64,000 nucleotides of DNA from Hypanus sabinus (GCF_030144855.1 NC_082718.1:92628001-92692000); one strand, 5' to 3'. Shown: positions 1 through 11,344, counted from the stretch's first letter. The notes: generated by a model not told the origin, from the sequence alone. Numbers and translations are program-made.

Positions 1-106
1 ACTAACAACTTCAAACAAACTCATTCGACGAAGACCAGCTTGTTCAACTTCGAATGAGTTCGCTCCGCTCTGAAACATCTTGACTGTGCGGCCGCTTTTT
101 TGTACA

Positions 107-1114
107 ATGGCGAACTCGACCCCGGAATGTGCTCCTGGTGAAGATGTTAACTCGTCCTACAACCCGCCCGTAATTATCGTCACATTCATCCTCGGGATTG
201 TTGGAAATACGGTTGCTTTGTGGATCTTTTGTATTCATGTGAAGTCCCGGAAACCGAGTATTGTATATTCACTGAATCTGATGATTGCGGACACTCTGTT
301 ATTGTGCTGTCTACCCTTCCGAGCTGATTATTTTCTCCGAGGGAAGGAATGGATTTTTGGTGAAGGACTGTGTCGACTGAACGTGTTCATGATTTCCCTG
401 AACCGGATTGGCAGCGTCTTTTTCCTCATGGTTATTGCGATCGATCGTTACCTTAAGGTGGTTCATCCACTCCACAAAGTAAACAAGATCCCTACAAGGT
501 GTGCGGTGATGATAGCCGGCGGTCTGTGGATTGTAGCGGTGGCTTTTTGTTTGCACTTGCTGTTCGCCAAACATGACTTCAAACAGCACAACGTGACAAA
601 CTGTGAGCCTTTCAGTATTAACAAGGGTCTGAGTGCCCCAGCAATTTGGACAGACTTTATTTTTATATTCTTTAAGTTTCTTTTGCCAGTTTCAGTTATC
701 CTCTTCTCTACGTCCTCCATCATCTGGAGGTTACGGCAGATGGAAGCTGGAATGCGGGGTAAATATAAGCGAACTGTGAAACTTGTGACAGCCGTGGCTG
801 CAGTTTTTGTCATTTGCTTCTTGCCCACCAGTGTTGCTGTGGTCGCGGTTTTGGTCACTAAGCTAAGAAGTCCCTTCGACTGCAAGTCGTATCACACAGC
901 AGTGAATATCTTTTACAATACGCTGTTTATAACGTATCTGAACAGTGTGGTCGATCCCATTGTTTACTATTTTTCTACTTCGCAGTTTCAACATGCTTTA
1001 GAGAAGGCTCTACATGATCTTAATTTAAGCTCTTCCAAATCAGCCACTGAACCCGGAACATCCAGGGAGGAGCAGACTGTGGATCAGCAAACGAGCTCTG
1101 TAACAGCTTTCTGA
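107..1114 (+). CDS. HCAR/OXER1-like class A GPCR, type A copy 1 (335 aa, intronless, intact)
   Basis: The ORF track starts at TTG 80, but the first ATG is at 107 in strong Kozak context (acaATGG). Seven hydrophobic segments. Motifs GxxGN (TM1), NLxIAD (TM2), CLPF, WIFG..C, LNRIGS (Arg3.36 as in HCAR2/OXER1), DRY.KVVHP, FVICFLP and TYLNSVVDPIVYYFS closely match the HCAR/OXER1/GPR31 group. Confidence 0.9.
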   Translation: MANSTPECAPGEDVNSSYNPPVIIVTFILGIVGNTVALWIFCIHVKSRKPSIVYSLNLMIADTLLLCCLPFRADYFLRGKEWIFGEGLCRLNVFMISLNRIGSVFFLMVIAIDRYLKVVHPLHKVNKIPTRCAVMIAGGLWIVAVAFCLHLLFAKHDFKQHNVTNCEPFSINKGLSAPAIWTDFIFIFFKFLLPVSVILFSTSSIIWRLRQMEAGMRGKYKRTVKLVTAVAAVFVICFLPTSVAVVAVLVTKLRSPFDCKSYHTAVNIFYNTLFITYLNSVVDPIVYYFSTSQFQHALEKALHDLNLSSSKSATEPGTSREEQTVDQQTSSVTAF

Positions 1115-1338
1115 TCGCTCAGGGTCCGCGTGAACTAGATGCCGTCAAAGCAAAGGTGATTAATGCGCCCGAAATCAGAAATTTATCAAATGGTAATAAT
1201 TTTCTGAAGGGTAAGTTGATCTGAACGAACAAGTTCCGTAATCCACTTCCCTTTCTGTAAAGGAGAGATTGCATCTTATCTACAAAACTAACTTTATTTC
1301 AGAGCTTGTTCGTTAAGAAATTCTTCCTTTCTTTAAAG

Positions 1339-1417
1339 CAGTTTCCCCAATTTTTTTTATGCCTTGGGGGCCTTACAGTTATCTGAGGGGTCGGTGGACC
1401 ACAGGTTGGAAATCCTG
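1339..1417. mobile_element. Possible ~80 bp hAT-like MITE in the GPCR 3' flank (all six copies)
   Basis: Imperfect terminal inverted repeats cagtttccccaa / ttggaaatcctg, flanked by ttaa-containing sequence. Confidence 0.4.
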
Positions 1418-1929
1418 TTTTAAGTGAAAGGGTTCTGTGTTATGTATGGGTATTTAGGATTTCCTCTTTCCATAGAAGCAACTGCTTCCTCAGATGAATT
1501 CAACCTGCGTGTCTCCATTGTAGCTAGCTTCTACCCGTTATAGTGGGCCAATCTCAGGTTGACTGACTGCCCATCAGTATCTGCGGTAATCTATTCATCC
1601 AAGTACAACCCTACCTATGGACTTTCAGTCAGAAGGGAAGTGATGTTAGGAGTTGCTGGGATGGTGCCAAGCTGCATGCACCCATATCGTGATGGTACTG
1701 GAACCGGATTCTAGAAAAAAGCCTATTCTAGTGAACTGGAGACAGGAACCGAAGTGCTGGTTCGAAATTAGAGAATTTATTTTCAGTAGATAAAATTGAA
1801 ATCTGGAATGAAGAAGGGATGTCAGTCTTGAAGAAGGATTATCAGGATTTGCAACAGAGATGACTATGAACTTCTTTAACTAGAGGGTGGCGAATCTGTG
1901 GAATTCTTTGCCACGGATGACTGCAGAGG

Positions 1930-4900
1930 GCGTCAGCCGAATTACGTCCTCGAGCGGTTGTACTTTGTTACACGACTAAAGAAGCTATTCTTCGAGGAGC
2001 CAGAGAGAAACGGAAATTACTCTTTAATTAAACAGACATTCGTATAGTTGAAGATTATCCCCCCGAAATCTTGACCGAAAGAAAGAAATATCGAGAAGTT
2101 ATGAGTGAAATGTATAAATTAGATTTAAATCCCTCTCTTCGCTTTCCAGCAAAGCTGATAATTTTCCGTGAAAAATCTCAACCATTGAGAATCTACTCTC
2201 CTCACGAGGGATGGGAGTATATTAAAAAGTTTAAAGTTAAGCCTTCTGAATAAAATATTAAAGTTACATCGATTATTCAATAGCCAATTTTGAAGTATCT
2301 GTTGTATGAGTTGTTGATGGAGCTTTTGAGTTAAGTACATGTTATACCTTTTCACTCTCTGGTATGGGACGTGGTCGATTTAATTTTGTTTTTTACCTTA
2401 ATTAATACATATATAACTGTTTTGTAGGGAACGTTTATGGTATTGTACTTTAGTGATCCGTGTAGGAGCTGTTGTGTATTAATCTTTGTATTTTTTATTT
2501 GTTTCTGTACTTATAGTTTTAGGTCTGTTATGTACATATATTCATTTATTTTTCTTTTTCGAGAGAAAGAATATACTTTGTAACAATATTTACTCGGATT
2601 TATTCTTTCTTTTGAATATGTGTTTAAGCTACTTTAGCTGATTCTAAGATGGCCGAGGTTGATTATGTTTTTATTAATGTTAGACACAACATTATAGTAG
2701 TTGAATTCTGTTTGTGCCTTTTATTATAGCTATTTTCCGTGGGAATTTTTTTATATATATGGAGCTGCAAGTTGGAGAACAGGGTCAAAGTTGATTAGTT
2801 AGCATGGGACCAGCCTATTGGTTTCTTCCTTTCTATCTATTGGGCGGGGGGAGGGGGCAGGGGTCTATTACAGTCGGTGTTTTTCTTGATTGGGCAGTTC
2901 TTTTGATGGATTTCTCTATCGTAAATGTGTCACCCCTTCCGTTTGTACCCGCGTTTGGTTTAATCTGTACTTAAGTAACATTTCTTTTATATAATATTAA
3001 ACTCAATTTTAAACATGGATGTTATTAAAATGAACATAATATCTTGGAATTGGAACGGTGTCAATCATCCCATTAAACGTAAAAAGGTTGTTAAGAAATT
3101 AAACACACAATGCTGGTACTATTTTTGCGCAAGAAAATCATATACGAAAACAGGATGGGGATAGATTTTTTCGCTTTTGGAAAGGTTCTCTTTTTCACTC
3201 ACTGTCGGATAGTAAAACAAGAGGCGTTTCTATATTCCTTAGTCTCAAAACCCTTTTTGTACACCTTAATTCTACTACTGATTTGATTGGAAGATATTTA
3301 ATTGTTACTGGTTTATTATGCGAGCAAAAGGTAACTCTGGTGTGTGTATACGCACCTAATGTAGATAATTCTGATGTTTTAAAGAAACTTTTTTCAGTGT
3401 TCCCGAATCTCAATGAATATAAACTGATCATGGGTGGTGACTTTAACTGTTGCTTAAATCCTGCGATTGACAGGTCATCAACCAATCCGTCGCGTCCTAA
3501 TAAAGCGGCATCTTGTATTAACTCTTTTTTATTAGAATATGGCCTTGTCGATATTTGGAGATATAGACACCCGAATGATAAAGCTTTCTCCTTCTTTTCA
3601 CACGTCCATCACAAATATTCTCGAATTGATTACTTTTTTTTAGATACACGTCTGTTGAACTCCGTTGTTGAATGTGCGTATGACATCATTGAGCTTTCAG
3701 ATCACGCGCCTTTAAAGTTAACTTTTAAGCTCCCGGATAGAGTTTTGAAAATCTCACAATGGAGATTGAACCCCGTTTTGTTACGGGGTCCAGCTTTTGT
3801 TAATTTTAAGGAGCAAATTTCTATATTTTTTGAATTTAATACAAAGGAAGGAATGTCAAATCTGCTTATATGGGACACCTTGAAATCTTTTTGACGGGAG
3901 AGATAATCTCATATTCAGCAGCCTTGAGAAACAAAATTAAAGCGGAATTGTCAGTGCTTATTAATAAAATTAAACAGATAGATAAAGCGTATACAGTTAA
4001 ACCTACTGAAGACCTTTATGAAGAAAGGGTCGAACTTCAATCACAGTATGATTTACTTCGGACCTTTCCCACTGAACAGCAAATTTTTAAATCTAAAAGT
4101 TCATTTTATATACATGGGGAAAAATCTGCTGAACTTTTAGCGGGTCATTTAAAGGCTGGGATGGTCAGAAGACAGATTTTAAAAATTCGCCGGCCAGATA
4201 GAACAGAAACTTTAGATCCTTATGAAATTCAAAAGATATTTATGGACTTTTATTCTAATCTTTATAAATCTGAATTCTCTGATAGTAATATCACTATGAA
4301 TAGATTTTTGCAAAGTCTAAACATACCTCAAATTTCGATTCAAGATGCTGATATGTTAGATGCACCTATTAAACAAGAGGAGATAGCCAAGGCTATATCC
4401 TCTATGCAATTAGGTAAAGCTCCGGGATCTGATGGTTATACGGTAGAATTTTATAAGACCTTTCACGAAACGCTTATACCACATCTTTATCAAACGTTCA
4501 CTGATTCTACATCTTCTGGGAACCTTCCTAAAACTTTTTATGAAGTACTAATTTCATTGATTCTATAAAAAGGGAAAGACCCACTGGAATGTGTATCCTA
4601 TGGACATATTTCTTTACCGAATGTAGATTTTAAAATCCTCTGTAAGATTCTAGCAAATGGCCTTGAGAGTATATTGCCTAATGTTATCTCAAACGATCAA
4701 GCAGGTTTTATTAAAAATAGGTACTCACATTTTAATATTCGAAGATTATTCAATATCATTTATTCCCCTTCAACCTAAGAATCTGAATGTGTTGTTTCTT
4801 TGGAGGCAGAGAAAGCCTTTGATAGGGTGGAGTGGCCTTATCTATTTCAGGTTTTGAAGAGGTTCAATTCTGGTCCAGGATTTATCTCCTGGATTAAATT

Positions 4901-5038
4901 GATTTATCATGCCACGGTAGCTGCAGTTCTCACTAACAACCAAAAGTATCCTTGCTTTAGATTATATAGAGGTACCCGTCAGGGCTGTCCCCTTAGCTCT
5001 CTATTATTTAATTTGGCTTTCGAACCACTTGCTATTGC
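1930..5038 (+). mobile_element. L1-clade LINE, 5' part (ORF1 C-terminus, spacer, ORF2 endonuclease and RT start), degenerate
   Basis: ORF1-like ..DIRIVEDYPPEI..RFPAKL to 2253. ORF2 from ATG 3015 (IISWN.NG, VYAPN, GGDFN, SRIDYF, SDHAP, KAPGSDG, EKAFDRV, RQGCPLS), broken by frameshifts and stops. Ends abruptly at 5038. Confidence 0.93.
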
Positions 5039-5539
5039 AATAATAATTAATAACCTCAACCATCAAGCTCTAGAACAAAAACGACACTCATTCTGTTTCA
5101 GCTGTTCCCACAACCAATGATCACACTTTATGAACACTTTACATTGTTACTTCATGCTCACCTCATTTATTGCTATTTATTTATATTTGCATTTGCACAA
5201 TGGTTCCCATGCTGAACTTCTCTATGATTTTAGATGAAATTATAATACCTACAAAGAGTTGTTTTTCTGATTAGACTGAGGAAGATTGTGCTACAATTAC
5301 TGGCGGGCTATGAGCAGAATTGACAGCCTCACTGGAGACCCATTCCTGGGCTGATTTTTCCATTGTGCAAAGCAGAACAGTAACACAGTCACAACATTTC
5401 AGAGACAAGTAAGCTTATTCAGAATGATCATATATGACGTTCTACATACAGCAAAATTCAACGCATTGCTAAGTTGTATTCAAAGTTTGTTAACTTTGCT
5501 CCCAGAAAGCATAAGATTCAATGCAATGCATGCAGAAAA

Positions 5540-6695
5540 GCAATATTACAACAGTCACGGTGGAATTCAATATGCAGGTAAATTGGGAAAATCAAGTTGG
5601 TGCTGGATTACTGGAGAGGGGGATTTCCAGAGTGCCTATGAGAGGGCTTTCTAGAGCAGCTGCTGGTTGAGCCCACTAGACGGCCAGCTATTCTGGATTA
5701 GGTGTTGTGCGATAAACCAGAGTTGATTAGAGAGCTTAAGGTAAAAGAAACCTCAGGGGAAATTGATCATAATTTGATTGCATTCACCCTGAAATCTGAG
5801 AAGGGAAGTTAAAGTCAGATGTATCAGTATTACAGTGGAGTAAAGGGAATTACAGAAGCATGAGGGAGGATTTGACCAGAATAATTAGAAAAGAACACTG
5901 GCAGGGCTGATAGTAGAACAGCAATACCTAGAATTTCTGGAAGCTATTCAGAAAACTGAGGATATATACATCCCAGAGAGGATGAAGCACTTTAAAGGAA
6001 AGATGACAAACCATGGCTAACTAGAGAAGTCAAAGCCAACATAAAAGCCAAGCAGACGGCATATAATAGAGTGAAAATTAGTGGGAAGTTAGAGGATTGG
6101 GGAGCTTTTAAAAAGCAACAGAAGGCATTAAGAATATCACTTGGAAGGTAAGGATGCAATACAGAAGTGAGCTAAGCAATAATATTAAAGAGTTTAATAC
6201 AAACAGTTTCCTCAGATACATAAACAGTAAAAGAGAAGTGAGAGTGGATATTGGACCATTGCAAAATCACGCTGGACTGGTAGTAATGGGAGGCTATGAA
6301 ATAGCAAAGAAACAGACCAATTATTTGGCATCCATTTTCACTGTGGAAGACACTAGCAGGAAGGTGGAGGCTCCAGTGACAGGGGTCGTGAAGTGTGAGA
6401 AGCTGCCATGACTGGAGAGAAGATTCTTGGAAAGCTGGAAGGTCTGAAGGTAGATAAGTTACCTCGACCAGATACTGTATGCTCCAGATTTCTGAAGAGA
6501 TTGTGGAGATATCAGGCAATATCTTTCAAGAATCACTGGATTCTGGAATGGTTCCGGAAGATGGGAAAATTGCCAAAGTCACCACACTCTTCAAAAAAGG
6601 AGAGAAAGGAAAAGGAAACTGTAGGCCAGTTCATCTCACCTCGGTGTTGGGAAGATGTCAGAGTTGATCATTAAGGATGAGGTCTCAGGGTACTG
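5540..6695 (+). mobile_element. CR1-clade LINE internal fragment (EN end to RT start)
   Basis: Translates to EPTR..AILD.VLC, DHNLI.F, and ESLDSGMVPEDGKIAKVTTLFKKG..GNCRPVHLTSV, typical of CR1 ORF2. Confidence 0.85.
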
Positions 6696-6699
6696 GTAA

Positions 6700-7455
6700 A
6701 TTGGTCCTGCAGATGCCCTCAGTGAAATGAGCAAAACATTATTCAAATCCATCTAAATATATTTAATTGCAGTTCTGTGCATATTACTCACAGAGTACAG
6801 CGAGATAAGCACATTCCTAGAGTAGATTTCGTGTTACCACAAATATCTGCAGAATGGAAGTTAAAAGTCAGTTCTGCTCTCCTTCATGCAGCCTGGCCAC
6901 GATTCCCCATGCTTCTGGGAGGAGAGGCTGCAACGGTCTCTCGGGCCACACTGCATCGTGATGTTTAGAATGTGGTGAAGCAGTTCAGTGCGTATTAAAA
7001 TCATTCACTGCTGCACAGCTGCCCTACTCATAGTTCTCAATAACTAGCGTACCTCTGCATACGAGCATGCATGCAGTTAAATCACAAGCATATATCTGAG
7101 CACACACGACCGTGCATCACAACGTTCTTCCACATTCTAGCTTCCCCAATTCAACTATCTGCATGTGTGCAATCGTGCACGTATGCATAGACGTACTGAA
7201 GCTCAGGCTGGCCTGTGTGAAATAATGGAATAAACAACGCTGGAGATATTTTAATTTGATTCTGTGGGTGCGGCGGGAGGGTTTGGGGGCAGGATGTGGA
7301 AAGCACCTGCTATCCCAGTATCCCACACGCCCTTGTTTGTAAAGACATTCTTCACAAGGGATGTTCGGTGTTCATTCTTTTCAACACTGCCATCTTGTGT
7401 TGGAGTTCTTAGCTGCAAACAAGTGATCCACAACAGTCATTTCCAAAGAATTAGA
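6700..7455. repeat. Non-coding module in every monomer (18600-19350, 29120-29878, 39047-39802, 50890-51637, 61415-62169) with an old diverged paralog at 12183-12885 / 44524-45226
   Basis: Directly alignable by eye, e.g. attattcaaatccatct, agagtagatttt, ttcatgcagcctg, ctcgggccac, tcattcactgctg, caacactgccatct. Confidence 0.85.
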
Positions 7456-7571
7456 GCAAGTAAATTGCTGTTGGTTGACATTCCTAGATGGAGCCGACCA
7501 GGTTAGCATAATTATTTTAACATTAGTATAGCAGAGAGGCTCTTACAACACTCTGGTAACTTCATTGGCAC

Positions 7572-7830
7572 CCATAAGACATAGGAGCAGAATTGGGCCA
7601 TTCAGCCCATCGATTCTACTCCATCATTCCATCATGATTGATTCATTATTCTTCTCAATCTCGTTCTCCTGCCTCATTCCCATACCTTTCATGCCCTGAT
7701 TAATCAAGAACCCATCAACCTCCACTTTAAATGCACCAAATGATTTCACCACCAAAGTCATCCGTGGCAAAGAATTCCCCAGATTTGCCACCCTCTGGTT
7801 TAAGAAGTGCATAGTCATCTCTGTTGCAAA
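7572..7830 (-). mobile_element. CR1 3' end, uninterrupted (empty site of the main L1)
   Basis: ORF 7624-7818 (FLNQRVANLGNSLP..FKVEVDGFL) is the CR1 ORF2 C-terminus, followed by a CR1-type tail (gatgggctgaatggcccaattctgctcctatgtcttatgg). The same element is split by the L1 in the A and C monomers. Confidence 0.85.
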
Positions 7831-7840
7831 TCCTGATCAT

Positions 7841-8847
7841 CCTTGGGAAACAGAACTTAACCTTACTATCCCTATTGAGAATTGGGATAAAATTCTTCAA
7901 TTAGTCAATTTATCATCTATATGTGCTAAACATTCATTAATATAGTTTAAAGTTGAGCACAGGGCTCATATGTCCAAGGATAAGTTGGCTCGTTTTTATT
8001 CCTATATAAATCCTATATGTGACAGATGTCATTCTGAGATAGCGTCTTTATCTCAAATGTTTTGGTCAGGTCCGCTTTTGAAAAAATATTGGAAAGACAT
8101 TTTCGATATTTTTCCACGGTATTGAACATTGATTTACAACCTCATCCTATTACTGCAATTTTTGGTTTACCAATAATGGACTCAATCCATTTATCTTCTT
8201 CTGCTTGTCGAATGATTGTATTTCTTACATTAATGGCTAGAAGATCTATTTTGTTGAATTGGAAATAAATTAATCCCCCTACTGTATTTCATTGGCTTTC
8301 TCAAACTATGTTATGTCTAAATTTGGAGAAAATTAGAAGTGTTGTATTTCACCCTTCTATTAAATTTGAAAAGACATGGAGACCATTTATTCAATATTTT
8401 CATATGATGTAATTTGACCCTGCTCCAAACCTATTCGTTTTTCCGCTTTTGATTATACCAATGTTGAGACAATCGGATTTGGCAACACCGATGATTTTGT
8501 ATTTTTTTTTATTAAAGATACTATAAACAGCCCCTTATTCATTATATTTTTTCTTCCTTTTTTCCCTTTATTAGTTATTAGGCTTTAGATTACTTTTTCT
8601 TAGGGTTATTTTTTTTTTGTTTTTCTCTTTTCTTTTTTTTACATATATATGATATACCAAGTTTTGCTTTGTTTATATGATAATTGTATCATTCATGATT
8701 TCGGAAGACTTGACTATATTGTAACTATTGATTGTGTATCCTTTCATGTTCAGTTTAAAATTTGAAGTTTGTAATCCCACTATCTATGTATTAATCTTAT
8801 CATGTTGATATTAATAATAAGAAGAAGAAGATTAAAAAAGAAGGAAA
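7841..8847 (+). mobile_element. 3' fragment of a second, distinct L1 family
   Basis: PWE.EL..., CDRCH knuckle, QPHPITAIFG, ARRSILLNWK, LEKIRS. Homologous to, but clearly divergent from, the main L1. T-rich 3'UTR and A/G-rich tail. Confidence 0.88.
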
Positions 8848-9324
8848 AGATTACTGCAGATACTGATGGGCAGTCAGTCAACCTGAGATTGGCCCACTAT
8901 AACGGGTAGAAGCTAGCGACAATGGAGACACGCAGGTTGAATTCATCTGAGGAAGCAGTTGCTTCTACGGAAAGAGAAATCCTAAATACCCATACATAAC
9001 ATACAACCCTTCCCATTAAACCAGGAAATCCAATCTGTGTTCCACCGACCCTTCAGGTAATTGTAAGACCCCAAGGCATTAAAAAAATTGGGGAAGCTGC
9101 TTTAAAGAAAATAAGAGTTTCTTAACGAACAAGCTCTGAAATAAACTGAGTTTTGTAGATACGATGCAATCTCTTCTCTACATAAAGGGAAGTGTATTAG
9201 GGAACTTGTTCGTTCAGATCAACTTACCCTTCCGAAAAAATATTACCATTTGATCATTTTCTGCTTTCGAGCGCATTAATCACCTTTGCTTTGAGGGCAT
9301 CTAGTACACGCGGACCCTGAGCGA

Positions 9325-10333
9325 TCAGAAAGCTGTTACAGAGCTCGTTTGCTGATCCACAGTCTGCTCCTCCCTGGATGTTCCGGGTTCAGTGGCTGAT
9401 CTGGAAGAGCTTAAAATGAGATCAAATAGAGCCTTCTCGAAAGCATGTTGAAACTACGAAGTAGAAAAATAGTAAACAATGGGATCGACCACACTGTTCA
9501 GATACGTTATAAACAGCGTATTGTAAAAGATATTCACTGCTGTGTGATACGACTTGCAGTCGAAGGGTCTTCTTAGTTTAGTGACCAAAACCGCGACCAC
9601 AGCAACACTGGTGGGCAAGAAGCAAATGACAAAAACTGCAGCCACGACTGTCACAAGTTTCACAGTTCGCTTATATTTACCCCGCATTCCAGTTTCCATC
9701 TGCCGTAACCTCCAGATGATGGAGGACGTAGAGAAGAGGATTACTGAAACTGGCAAAAGAAACTGAAAGAATATAAAAATAAAGTCAGTCCAAACTGCTG
9801 TGGGACTCAGAGCCTTGTTAATGCTGAAAGGCTCACAGTTTCTCACGTTGTGCTGTTTGAAATCATGTTTGTCTATCAGCAAGTGCAAACAAATAGCCGC
9901 TGCTACAATCCACAGACCGCCGGCTATCACCACCGCACACCTTGTAGTGATCTTGTTTACTTTGTGGAGTGGATGGACCACCTTAAAGTAACGATCGATC
10001 GCAATAACCATGAGGAAAGAAGACGCTGCCAATCCGGTTCAGGCAAATCATAAAAATGTTCAGTCGACACAGTCCATCACCAAAAATCCAGTCCTTCCCT
10101 CGGAGAAAATAATCAGCTCGGAAGGGTAGACAGCACAATAACAGAGTGTCCGCAATCATCAGATTCAGTGAATACACAATACTCGGTTTCCGGGACTTCA
10201 CATGAGCACAAAAGATCCACAAAGCAACCGTATTTCCAACAATCCCGAGGATGAATGTAACGATAATTACGGGCGGGTTGTAGGACGAGTTAACATCTTC
10301 ACCAGGAGCACATTCCGGGGTCGAGTTCGCCAT
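9325..10333 (-). pseudogene. HCAR/OXER1-like GPCR, type B copy 1, pseudogene
   Basis: Inverted paralog of 107-1114, 1009 bp rather than 1008. A 1-bp insertion near 10019 splits it into ORFs 9983-10360 and 9454-10032, and there is a CAG>TAG stop at 9454-9456. Confidence 0.9.
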
Positions 10334-10429
10334 TGTACTAAAAAGCGGCCGCACAGTCAAGATGTTTCAGAGCGGAGCGAACTCTTTCGAAGTTGAAGAA
10401 GCTGGTCTTCGTCGTATGAGTTTGTTCTC

Positions 10430-10512
10430 CTGTGGGTGGGGTATATGGGCGGGGTGAAATAGTCAAGAGCACCAATAAGTTGTGCGATCAAATCATTGAC
10501 AACGTTCCGGAA
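10430..10512 (-). promoter_or_regulatory. Candidate proximal promoter and/or splice acceptor of gene B (also 42777-42859)
   Basis: CACCC box (10434-10441), GC box ccccgccc (10447-10454), CCAAT (10472-10476) and TTCCGGAA (10505-10512), 100-180 nt upstream of the ATG. The same stretch also reads as a C-rich ..cccacAG acceptor. Confidence 0.45.
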
Positions 10513-10644
10513 AAACTAGAAGCAGAATCATTCAAATGAAGTAACAATAAAATACATTTAGTTTGTATTGCCAGGCTTGAAATTCTGCAGTACTTCGTTT
10601 TCTTGTTGAGTGCTTGAACAAGTTTACATTAACAATTAACTAAT

Positions 10645-10895
10645 CATGGGGCATAATTTTAATCTGATTGGAGGGAGGTATAAGGGGATATCAGGGGCAG
10701 AGTTTTTTAAGCAGCGAGGTTGGGTGCGAGGAACTGGCTGCCAGGTTTGGCGGTGGAGGCAGATACATCAGGGGCATTTCAGGCACATGGATGACAGAAA
10801 AATGGAGGACTATGTAGGACGGAAGGATTAGACTGATCTTAAAGTCGATTAAAATGTCGCCAACATTGTACTGTAATATGATATGATATGCTCTT
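10645..10895 (+). mobile_element. CR1-like 3' fragment (also 42992-43237)
   Basis: GHNFNLIGGRYKG..FFKQR..W-type CR1 C-terminus with a decayed tail. Confidence 0.65.
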
Positions 10896-11344
10896 TATAA
10901 GGGGGGGGGGGGGTGCTGTTCTGTAATAGAAATCAACCCCAAAAATTATATCACTCTGTAATTGAAGTTATTTTTACAAAATCTCCTCACGACAATTTAT
11001 ATCAAAATGCATTTGAATAGGAATTAAAACCAGAAAACGAATGAAACTCCCAGCATGTCAACTAATGACAGAAGAGCTTATGCTTCAGCATGTAGGTCTC
11101 TTTTTATTTTCAATTTCAGCAGTTTTTGATTGTCTTTGGACGTAGAGATGCCTCTCTGAACATTACCTGATATCAGTGAAGGTGCTCTGTTTAACAAACA
11201 CTTTTTGTATTTTCAGGAAATGTGATAGAGACGTCCTCTTGTTTGGGGAAGTGATCACCCCGAATGGGATCTGACAGCGCATTAACCAGATACTAGATTC
11301 GGCGAGAACACAGCATTGTATTCGAATTCCATTATTTCTGAACA

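Noticed and set aside
80-106. N-terminal extension MTVRPLFCT from the TTG start in the ORF track
   Set aside because: This is a eukaryotic gene. ATG 107 has optimal Kozak context, and the TTG start is an ORF-caller convention.
44-885. Recurrent antisense ORFs over the GPCRs (44-238, 311-589, 463-885 and their copies)
   Set aside because: Shadow frames of the GPCR. They recur only because the gene is duplicated, and their lengths vary between copies.
6777-6968. Small ORF MHITHRVQRD.. recurring in every monomer, as a possible novel peptide
   Set aside because: GTG start, variable stop, no recognisable domain, and the frame is not kept in the older paralog at 12.2-12.9 kb.
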